A DNA stretch of 54,071 nt from a virus (lineage: Duplodnaviria > Caudoviricetes). The notes beneath the pieces are model-generated. The model ran no database searches. It was not told where the DNA came from and worked only from the letters and a program-made list of their open reading frames with translations. Below, piece by piece: positions 9,616-17,077 of the stretch (its first letter is position 1; each line of letters starts with the position of its first letter). The translations under genes were made by a program, and so were the position numbers. Location of the stretch: positions 1 through 54,071 of the IMG/VR virus record IMGVR_UViG_3300025773_000002. One strand, 5' to 3'.

Positions 9616-10014
9616 TTAGCCTAGTGTTTGGTTCATTGCTTGTCTGCGTTTTTGACAAGCGGTGCAACCCTTTGCGGCTTGTTCAAGGTTCGTTTGAACC
9701 CCAAGTGTTGCCGCAACACGATCACCCAAGCTAGCAAATGTATGTATTACATTAGCCACCTTGTCGCCAGCTTCTTGCCAACAGTATTGACCTGGGATTC
9801 TCCCACAAATTTGTTGTTCGATCAAGTAATCTAAATTATCTGGCACTTCCACATTGTTATTTTTCATGTCACTGGCAACTTTGTTGGAGAATTGTCTGCC
9901 ATAAGTCATCTCCATTCCATTGACACGATATTTAGTTCCCTTGTCATCGCTGTACTCATACCAGAGTCCACTTGGGATCGGCCCGTTTTTATCCTTTAGT
10001 CTCATGTAGCTCAA
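9616..10014 (-). CDS. Hypothetical Cys-containing protein
   Basis: C-terminal GCTACQKRR motif; first gene of the head operon. Confidence 0.7.
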   Translation of the reverse strand: MSYMRLKDKNGPIPSGLWYEYSDDKGTKYRVNGMEMTYGRQFSNKVASDMKNNNVEVPDNLDYLIEQQICGRIPGQYCWQEAGDKVANVIHTFASLGDRVAATLGVQTNLEQAAKGCTACQKRRQAMNQTLG

Positions 10015-10057
10015 ATGATTTGCATTCTTTTTATATTTTTGTCAATAGTTAATCCAC

Positions 10058-11983
10058 ATGGAATATAACGGATTGGTTTTGGATGCACCAAAAGACACAA
10101 CATATGGCATCCCATATTTAGAGACTGTTCCACAGTTTGTTCGTGAGCTTTCTTGCTATGCATTAACCCGTGGAGAGTTTGGAAGGATACAAAGGATTAA
10201 ACGAGGCATTAGAATTGAGGATACTGACCTTAAAAATCCTGCTCAACATATGGTTAATTGCTTTAACCTTATTTATGGCAACGATGTGTTACTCCATTCG
10301 CAAGGAATCCCGAATAATTATGCCCTAGACATCATTGATTTGTTCTGCAACGAGAATGATTGGGGAATTGCAGGGTGTGCATCCAGCGGAAAGACGTTTT
10401 CTGTGGCGGCTTGTATCGTGATGGATTGGATTTCAGCTCCCACAGTCACCTCAACATATGTTGCATCTACCTCTTTGGATGCATCTGAAGACCGTTTGTG
10501 GGGTAAAGTTTGCACCCTTTACAGGACGGCAATGCGTAATATTCAAACCCAATACAAGACTGCAACCATTGGAAATCTGGTTGAGTACCGAAGAATGATT
10601 GTTTTTGAGTCGATTGATACTCGTGATACGGAACGAGACTATACAAATGCCATCAAAGCAGTTGCTTTTCCAAAAGGAGGCGAAGGTCAAAAAGCGGTTG
10701 ATAATATGCGGGGTAGGAAAAACGAACGAGTGAGAGTTTTTTTAGATGAATTGGCAGAAATGGATCTGTATTGCCTCAATGTGCGATCAAATTTTACCGC
10801 AGGAAACGATGATGTTTTGTTTGGAGGCATGGCAAACCCATCAAATACGGCAAATAACCCACATACGGAGCTATGCGAACCCGATGATCCTATGGGATGG
10901 GAGTCTGTGAATAGGTACACCAAGAGATGGAAAACCCGTACAGGGGTTGCCTTGCACCTTTCTGGAGAAGAAAGTCCAAATCTTCAAGCTCCAGATGCAG
11001 AAATACCTCCTTTTAAGAACTTTCTGACTTATAAAAAAATGGAGGCAACATTAAAAATATGCTATGGCAATAAAAATGCCCTAGAATATTGGCGAAATGT
11101 TTATGGTTGGTGGCCCGATAACTCTGTAGAACTTACAATTTTATCAAAAGCATTCATTGCTGGATGCGATTTGAACTTTGAACCCGTTTGGAGTGGCAGA
11201 ACTAGGGTTGTTTGCGGATTTGACCCTGCATTTACTGCTGGTGGAGATAGATGTGCGGCATCTTTTTGTCGATTAGGTCAAAATGATACTGGTCGTAACG
11301 TAGGTTTCTATCTCGGAACTAGAGAATATGAGTCTAGCGTAGGTGATGTCTTTGAAGAATCCATAGCAATGCAGTTGGTAAAGGATTGTATTGAGTTCGG
11401 TGTACATCCACGGGACTTTGGATTGGATATATCTGGTGATGGTGGAAAGATGATGAGAGCAATCATCATTGAATGGAGCAAATTCCATCCAGAGGCTATG
11501 TTTGTATTCCCGATTTCCTCGATGGGTATGCCAACAGAGCGTAGGATCAGCAATCTTGATAAGCGTACTTGCAAAGAAGCATACGATAGATTGGTTACTG
11601 AATATTGGTTTGCTGTTCACACGGCATTCTCCACCAGATCATTGGTTGGTATTGACGTAGATGCCCATTCCAAGGTCGTAAACGAGCTTTGTAGTCGCCT
11701 TTATTACCACAAGGGAAGAAAGGTGGCAGTCGAGAAGAAACTCGACATGAAGCATCGTTTGAAGAAGTCACCCGATTTGGCTGACTCATTGACCTATGCT
11801 GTCCAGATGCTCCGCAGGGCAGGACTTGAATTTGCGTTTGAGGAAGAGACAGTTTCTTTAGACATCCAGGAAATCAGCGATTGGGAAAACCGATTGATCC
11901 ATAGCAAAGGAACTACCCAAGAAAAAATTGAGGATGATGAATGGGGATATGGTGGCAAAGGGACGGATGAAGATGGGTTCTAA
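10058..11983 (+). CDS. terL: Terminase large subunit
   Basis: Walker A GCASSGKT, Walker B VFLDE, GMANP coupling motif, RNase H-like GFDPA..GGD and SPDLADS. Confidence 0.92.
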   Translation: MEYNGLVLDAPKDTTYGIPYLETVPQFVRELSCYALTRGEFGRIQRIKRGIRIEDTDLKNPAQHMVNCFNLIYGNDVLLHSQGIPNNYALDIIDLFCNENDWGIAGCASSGKTFSVAACIVMDWISAPTVTSTYVASTSLDASEDRLWGKVCTLYRTAMRNIQTQYKTATIGNLVEYRRMIVFESIDTRDTERDYTNAIKAVAFPKGGEGQKAVDNMRGRKNERVRVFLDELAEMDLYCLNVRSNFTAGNDDVLFGGMANPSNTANNPHTELCEPDDPMGWESVNRYTKRWKTRTGVALHLSGEESPNLQAPDAEIPPFKNFLTYKKMEATLKICYGNKNALEYWRNVYGWWPDNSVELTILSKAFIAGCDLNFEPVWSGRTRVVCGFDPAFTAGGDRCAASFCRLGQNDTGRNVGFYLGTREYESSVGDVFEESIAMQLVKDCIEFGVHPRDFGLDISGDGGKMMRAIIIEWSKFHPEAMFVFPISSMGMPTERRISNLDKRTCKEAYDRLVTEYWFAVHTAFSTRSLVGIDVDAHSKVVNELCSRLYYHKGRKVAVEKKLDMKHRLKKSPDLADSLTYAVQMLRRAGLEFAFEEETVSLDIQEISDWENRLIHSKGTTQEKIEDDEWGYGGKGTDEDGF

Positions 11984-11987
11984 AAAA

Positions 11988-12023
11988 TAACCCCATCCCC
12001 TGTGCGTACAAGGAATGGGGTTA
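11988..12023. terminator. Stem-loop after terL
   Basis: TAACCCCAT/ATGGGGTTA stem; the U-tract is better on the minus strand. Confidence 0.55.
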
Positions 12024-12052
12024 AAAAGATACCCAACAATTTGAATATGGTG

Positions 12053-12081
12053 TTGACATATCAAAACAGCAAGCATATTTT
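12053..12081 (+). promoter_or_regulatory. Sigma70-like promoter flanked by 15-bp direct repeats
   Basis: TTGACA-17-TATTTT; AAAAGATACCCAACA at 12024 and 12085. Confidence 0.6.
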
Positions 12082-12087
12082 CACAAA

Positions 12088-12405
12088 AGATACCCAACAT
12101 CGAAATCCTCGCTGGATCGGTGTTGAGACATACACATGAGAGGGAGTCTAATGCTGACGCACCCAATCTAGGCGAGAACACCAAAGGTTTCTACCCTTGA
12201 AGATTTTGCGGGGTAGTTTGATAAGAGTGTGACGACATGGGAGCTTGAGCAGTTTACAGCCTCATTCCTTCTGCAATTCCATGTTCCAGTAATGGTGTGC
12301 TAATGATCCTTTCCGACGGTATGTGGAAGTAAATGGCATAGTTTAGCCTGTAATGGGCGAACTATGTCTTGAAGCCTTCCTCTGGTGTTGGAAGCATATA
12401 CCATT
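12088..12405 (+). ncRNA. Candidate structured ncRNA A (about 315 nt)
   Basis: No credible ORF; at least five stems with G-U pairs; upstream promoter. Confidence 0.5.
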
Positions 12406-12432
12406 GACTCTGATTTATATGTAGTTCATACT
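12404..12432 (+). promoter_or_regulatory. Sigma70-like promoter of the pentein operon (near-leaderless)
   Basis: TTGACT-17-CATACT, 10 nt before the ATG at 12443. Confidence 0.5.
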
Positions 12433-12442
12433 CCGCTATCCT

Positions 12443-13399
12443 ATGAAGTTTTCTCCCCAAGAATTTAGAAACGGTTCAATCATCCCATCTGTTCTCAATG
12501 GAAAAGTCGATTCTTCCGTCTCTAGCCTCATAGGTAAATCAGAAGTTACTTCATTCGGTGGCGGTCAATACAAGCGGAAACCAAATTTCCTCATGTGTCC
12601 CCCAAAATACTTGTCTACGGCTATCCCGAACAACAAGTTTATGAAGGGTCAGAAAATTGATACTGAACGTGCCATGCGTCAGTACGCTCGTATCAAGAGA
12701 CTCATTACTGCTCTCGGTGTTAAAGTCATTGAACTTCCTCCTACCAAAGGGGCACAAGATCAGCACTTTGTTGCTAACCTTGGACTCTCGGTAGATCCGT
12801 TTATTTTCCTAGCCAAGATGTCTGCCCCTGGTCGAACCATCGAAGAGGAACCTGGTCGTAGGTTCTTTGAGAAGATGGGTTATACAGTTCTCCAACCTCC
12901 TCACTATTGGGAAGGCGAAGCTGAAACAAAACACTGGAAAGACAAAACGTATTTTGGCGGCTATGGAAAATTCTCCGATTGGAAAGCCCAAGAATGGATT
13001 TCCAAAAAGGGTGGTATCGAAATCATACCTATGCGAATGGTGAGTGATGATCTCTACCACTTGGATTGCTGTATCCATGTCCTAGACAAAGAGAACTTGA
13101 TGGTTTGTCGTAGTGGCATTGATTCGGAATCATTTAAGAGACTAGAAAAACTTGCCAATATCATTGTTGTTCCAAAAGAGATGGAAGCAACTGGTGCTAC
13201 CAATCTGATCCGTATCCCTGACAAAAACATTGTGATCAGTGGTATGTTCCAACCAGAGTATGGTCAGTATCGTAACTCAATGGAATGGATGCTTACTACA
13301 ATGGACAAATTCAACAACTCTGTTATTTTTGCTGACATTGATGAAGCTGATAAAAACGGAGCCGATTGTTCATGCCAAGTAATGCACATGACTTTCTAA
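12443..13399 (+). CDS. Pentein superfamily enzyme (amidinotransferase/DDAH/arginine dihydrolase-like)
   Basis: FLMCPP, FVANLG, WEGEAE, YHLDCC and C-terminal catalytic Cys region GADCSC. Confidence 0.85.
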   Translation: MKFSPQEFRNGSIIPSVLNGKVDSSVSSLIGKSEVTSFGGGQYKRKPNFLMCPPKYLSTAIPNNKFMKGQKIDTERAMRQYARIKRLITALGVKVIELPPTKGAQDQHFVANLGLSVDPFIFLAKMSAPGRTIEEEPGRRFFEKMGYTVLQPPHYWEGEAETKHWKDKTYFGGYGKFSDWKAQEWISKKGGIEIIPMRMVSDDLYHLDCCIHVLDKENLMVCRSGIDSESFKRLEKLANIIVVPKEMEATGATNLIRIPDKNIVISGMFQPEYGQYRNSMEWMLTTMDKFNNSVIFADIDEADKNGADCSCQVMHMTF

Positions 13400-13560
13400 A
13401 ATCTCTTTGGAGATGGTTGGTTGGTAGGATTGCTTTTATCAATGGGTATTGTCCAGAGTGTCTAACTGACTTAAAAGATTGTAATAAAAGTCCTTGTCAT
13501 GTCTGTAATGTTCTGGGCTACATAAGGCCGAATCGGGTATGGACTAGATTTAAGACATGA
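13372..13560 (+). CDS. Small Cys-rich protein
   Basis: CPEC..C..CHVC motifs; start uncertain. Confidence 0.45.
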   Translation: MPSNAHDFLKSLWRWLVGRIAFINGYCPECLTDLKDCNKSPCHVCNVLGYIRPNRVWTRFKT

Positions 13561-13665
13561 ATAAAACAACCACATCACCCAATGCCAAAACAAACGTCTC
13601 CACAATGCGAGAATCAAGAGTCAGTTACGGTACAAAAAAAACAAAGCGTAAGCCAAAGAAATAAT

Positions 13666-13983
13666 ATGAATGCTGAACAAGATGCTTTTGAAATATGGAG
13701 CAAAGCTGGTTCAGCAGGATTAGAGAAATATCGTAAAGGCCAAGCAGAACACAGAACAGATTTCTGGACTGCTGGTGCAGGATGGTATGCACAAAACTTG
13801 CGAGATGAACAGTTGGATCTAATTAGCTATCTCCATCACCTAATTGAAAGAATAGATTCCATGCAAGTATTGGCAGAGATGATGGAAAATGAGGATGTCT
13901 CACTACGAGATGCCGCAACAATACTCAAACAATTGACATCCAGTAATCCCCCCAACAAGGCTTGTCACCAATCTAATGACTAA
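13666..13983 (+). CDS. All-alpha NTP pyrophosphatase-like protein (putative)
   Basis: GLEKY..W..NLRDEQLDLISYL resembles the KY..EExxD..Y motif of MazG-like phage proteins. Confidence 0.45.
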   Translation: MNAEQDAFEIWSKAGSAGLEKYRKGQAEHRTDFWTAGAGWYAQNLRDEQLDLISYLHHLIERIDSMQVLAEMMENEDVSLRDAATILKQLTSSNPPNKACHQSND

Positions 13984-14782
13984 AAAACAAAAGCCAGTTG
14001 GAGCCGTAATTGTCTCTGACCTTCATTGCGGTTCCACGGTTGGTCTTTGGCCTGATGGACATGAAACATCCACGGGTAACAAAATTGGATTAGGCAATAA
14101 TCTCCACCAGCAATGGCTATGGCAATGCTGGCAAGACAAAGATGAGAAGATTAAAACTCACTTCAAAGGTAAGCCATTTGCCTTAATCATCAATGGTGAT
14201 TGTATCGAAGGTAGGCATCATGGATCATCTGAAATCGTTGCCGCATTAAACCTAGATCATACCCTGGCCGCTATTGAGTGTCTACGTCCTCTAGCAAAAT
14301 TAGCCTGTGCAGTTTACATGACTGCTGGAACCGAGTGTCACGTTGGTGATTGGGAAAAGATGATCGCCAAAGAAATAGGTGCTACTTGGCTAGGTGACAA
14401 AGGATTACTAGAAATCAATGGTACACTCATTGATATTGCCCACCATATGCCGACAAGTTCTAGGGCATACCTTGAGGCTGGAGCAATGTCTATAACAATG
14501 GGCAATGCCAGACAGAATTACTCCCGTGTTGGTCATAGGGTTCCAAAAATATATCTACGAGGCCATAGGCACACGGGAGGAATCTTTAATGATGGTGCTG
14601 GAATATTCATGGTGACACCAGCTTGGCAGTTACTTACAAGATATGCCCACAAAGTTGTAGGAGATGCGATATGCCGTCCAGGTGTGGGAATACTGGATTG
14701 GAGTGGATGTGACAAAGGAGAACTACCAGCAACCAAAATCATTTCGTATGAACCGAAAGAAAATACACCCATCAGAAGCTGA
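13976..14782 (+). CDS. Calcineurin-like metallophosphoesterase
   Basis: SDLH, NGDCIEG, GTECH, HH and GHRH motifs. Confidence 0.85.
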   Translation: MTKKQKPVGAVIVSDLHCGSTVGLWPDGHETSTGNKIGLGNNLHQQWLWQCWQDKDEKIKTHFKGKPFALIINGDCIEGRHHGSSEIVAALNLDHTLAAIECLRPLAKLACAVYMTAGTECHVGDWEKMIAKEIGATWLGDKGLLEINGTLIDIAHHMPTSSRAYLEAGAMSITMGNARQNYSRVGHRVPKIYLRGHRHTGGIFNDGAGIFMVTPAWQLLTRYAHKVVGDAICRPGVGILDWSGCDKGELPATKIISYEPKENTPIRS

Positions 14783-15047
14783 TCTACGAGAGAGCATTAT
14801 TAAATGTGCGGTTGATCTAATCAACACACCTACAAGAGATGAAGTATCTTATGGTGAATGGTTTTCTGTTAAAGACCTTGCAGGAAAAGTAACCTTTGGA
14901 AAAGATGCTATCCGTAGGAAATTAAGAAAACGAGTGGAATTGGGAGAGGTGGAAGAAAAGATCCAAAAGTGTAGGGTAGGTAATGCAGTCGTATCGTTAA
15001 GTCTATTCCGAATAATTCCCCAAGATGAAATTGCCCGTCCGTATTAA
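14748..15047 (+). CDS. Putative winged-HTH protein
   Basis: FSVKDLA..GKDAIRRKLRKRVELGEV pattern. Confidence 0.55.
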   Translation: MNRKKIHPSEADLRESIIKCAVDLINTPTRDEVSYGEWFSVKDLAGKVTFGKDAIRRKLRKRVELGEVEEKIQKCRVGNAVVSLSLFRIIPQDEIARPY

Positions 15048-15276
15048 GTTGGAAGACAAAAAGCTAGGTAGGGAACGTAACGATGGTCAGGCTATCTTTG
15101 CAGATAAAAAGATAGAAATAGATCCACGCCTATCTACCAAATCCAGACTCAATATAGTTTTACACGAAGGGATACACATCCTTGACCCTAACCTTCCAGA
15201 ACTGAAAGTTAGAGCCTACGCAAATCGTCTATCCGATCTCCTGTGGCGTGACCGCTGGAGACGAATAGAGAAATAA
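15025..15276 (+). CDS. Small zincin-like metallopeptidase
   Basis: IEIDPRL..VLHEGIH..E (HExxH). Confidence 0.7.
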   Translation: MKLPVRIKLEDKKLGRERNDGQAIFADKKIEIDPRLSTKSRLNIVLHEGIHILDPNLPELKVRAYANRLSDLLWRDRWRRIEK

Positions 15277-15474
15277 TTAGGCGTATTCTAAAATACCCTT
15301 GGAATGATGTGCAATAAGTTGGAGGATAGCCTTCCCCTCTTCAGTAGCAACATGACCCGTCCCTTGGCACTTCCAGCAGGGTTCCCCCAAACCTTCATCG
15401 TACCAATCGGTTCCTGTACCACCGCACTCATCACACGCCTTCTCAAGAGCATTCTTGTTGAATAGGTGTTTCAT
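15277..15474 (-). CDS. Anti-TRAP (RtpA)-like DnaJ-type zinc-finger protein
   Basis: LEKACDECGGTG..PCWKCQGTG..TEEGKAILQLI follows the anti-TRAP layout. Confidence 0.7.
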   Translation of the reverse strand: MKHLFNKNALEKACDECGGTGTDWYDEGLGEPCWKCQGTGHVATEEGKAILQLIAHHSKGILEYA

Positions 15475-15529
15475 AGAATCTCACCACTAGACGAATTTTT
15501 TCTAAACACAAGACTTTTTTTATTTATAA

Positions 15530-15754
15530 ATGAAACAACAAAAAGAAGCGTATGAGAAAGCCAAAGAATTGGCACTGAAGGGTGAAGACTTCAGTATCCT
15601 GGTAGGCATCATAGATCCAGAACAAAGGATGAGGCTCCGAGCATTCGTTTTGAACTTGCCAGAGGAGTTAGCAAAGAAGACAATCTACGGAAGAGTACAA
15701 CTCTCACAGCAACCAGTAACCAAGAAATCCAGAGGCAGACCACGCAAATTATAG
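15530..15754 (+). CDS. Hypothetical protein with C-terminal AT-hook
   Basis: KKSRGRPRK. Confidence 0.65.
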   Translation: MKQQKEAYEKAKELALKGEDFSILVGIIDPEQRMRLRAFVLNLPEELAKKTIYGRVQLSQQPVTKKSRGRPRKL

Positions 15755-15787
15755 GGAGTTTAGGAAATTTAGGGAGTTTACAAATGT

Positions 15788-15815
15788 TTGACACTTTTTG
15801 ATAAATGCATAGGAT
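15788..15815 (+). promoter_or_regulatory. Sigma70-like promoter of ncRNA B
   Basis: TTGACA-16-TAGGAT, preceded by 9-bp periodic repeats at 15752-15787. Confidence 0.55.
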
Positions 15816-15822
15816 TTGTATC

Positions 15823-16010
15823 AATAGAACTCATCAAGCCTCTACTAGTTATCAAAACACATTAATGTGGCACTAGCTAGAAAGCTCAAACAGATGAGTC
15901 TTATTTCGGGGGAGGCATTGAGGGGGGTTTTATCAACTTATAGCGTCATGCGTATCCGTTCTGGGTGTTGATAGAATTTAGCGACCTGAACCTCCTCCGA
16001 CCTTTTTTTC
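15823..16010 (+). ncRNA. Candidate structured ncRNA B (about 188 nt)
   Basis: Two closed domains (15823-15905 and 15906-16000) followed by a U-tract; starts at the predicted +1. Confidence 0.6.
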
Positions 16011-16047
16011 TTGTCATTGAATCAGCTTGGGTTTTTGATTGAGCTTC

Positions 16048-16329
16048 ATGAATACATCAACCACCAACACCACACCAACTCCTAGGACGGATGAGTCTTG
16101 CGAGGCAATGGGCTTAAAAGCCTTTGTAGTGCCAGTAGAAATCTCCCGCCAGCTAGAGCGCGAACTCGCCGAGAAATCCAACGAAGTCGAGAGGCTCCGT
16201 GAGGAAAACTCCGAACTAAAACAAGGAAAGGTCTTTGTCGATCCCAAGTGGATCTACGACCTAGAAACCCAATTAGCCAAAGCCCATGAAGAACTCTGCC
16301 AAGCAGGGTTGAGGGAATACGGCAACTAA
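16048..16329 (+). CDS. Hypothetical coiled-coil protein
   Basis: TPRTD..SRQLERELAE motif common in phage small ORFs. Confidence 0.65.
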   Translation: MNTSTTNTTPTPRTDESCEAMGLKAFVVPVEISRQLERELAEKSNEVERLREENSELKQGKVFVDPKWIYDLETQLAKAHEELCQAGLREYGN

Positions 16330-16338
16330 CAGAGTAAT

Positions 16339-16620
16339 CTGTTAAAAAAACCGCTACATATTTTTAACAGCTACCACTCAAAAGTAGTGTTCCTGCTTAC
16401 TACACAGGAGTAGTGTAGTGATCACGCTACATATCCCTCAATTGTGTAGCAGATCGTAGACATCTGTAAAATGTTCATGATCGCAGACACCTGATTATTC
16501 ACCGCATTATACCTGATTGGGTATTATTCATGAGTTATAAATCACAATTATCACCGCAAGGGTATATTGTCATGTCGATTAATCTTTGTTTTCTGTACAT
16601 GAGCGTATGCATATGTACAC
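16339..16620. repeat. Array of diverse short imperfect palindromes
   Basis: About eight to nine back-to-back inverted repeats of different sequence. Confidence 0.6.
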
Positions 16621-16682
16621 AACATAAACATAAGAACCCCCTTTTGCACTTGCTCACAGACAGAGGTGTGGGGGCAAAATTC

Positions 16683-16928
16683 TTATAGTCCCTTAATCAT
16701 ATCCCTATCCCAATCCGATAGCCTAGAATCTTCTATCTTCTCCTTCAATGCCTTGCTCAATCTCTCCCTCTCCAATTTCATGCCACCATACCCCCCAGGA
16801 GAACTATCCGAATCCAACTCCAACTCATTAGCCAGACTCCTCAATAGCATTATGCTCGGCCTATTCCTCTCACTAGGTGGGTATCTCAATGTCATCGTGT
16901 CCAACGGTACTCCCCATCCCATATTCAT
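16683..16928 (-). CDS. Hypothetical protein
   Basis: 81-aa ORF with purine-rich coding-like strand bias. Confidence 0.45.
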   Translation of the reverse strand: MNMGWGVPLDTMTLRYPPSERNRPSIMLLRSLANELELDSDSSPGGYGGMKLERERLSKALKEKIEDSRLSDWDRDMIKGL

Positions 16929-17077
16929 GTCAAGTCTAGGTTATTGTAAAAGAAACTAAAAGGGAGAGAAGTTCCCAGATATAGGTTTTTTTTCATTGGG
17001 GCATGTCGCACATACGCGCCCAATATATAGGTGTGTGTACCCCCTCCCACCTCCCGAAGAGATTCCCTTGGGAGATC

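Noticed and set aside
12311-12330. GACGG loop as a guanidine-II riboswitch upstream of the pentein
   Set aside because: Needs two ACGR-capped hairpins near the start codon; only one weak candidate is present
15880-15905. Hammerhead-like words (GAAA, CAGATGAG) in RNA candidate B
   Set aside because: The core CUGANGA is not intact and the element order does not fit
16549-16565. 14-nt match to lambda operator OR3 as I recall it (TATCACCGCAAGGG)
   Set aside because: No CI/Cro-like gene or divergent promoter pair nearby; treated as one unit of the palindrome array, probably coincidence
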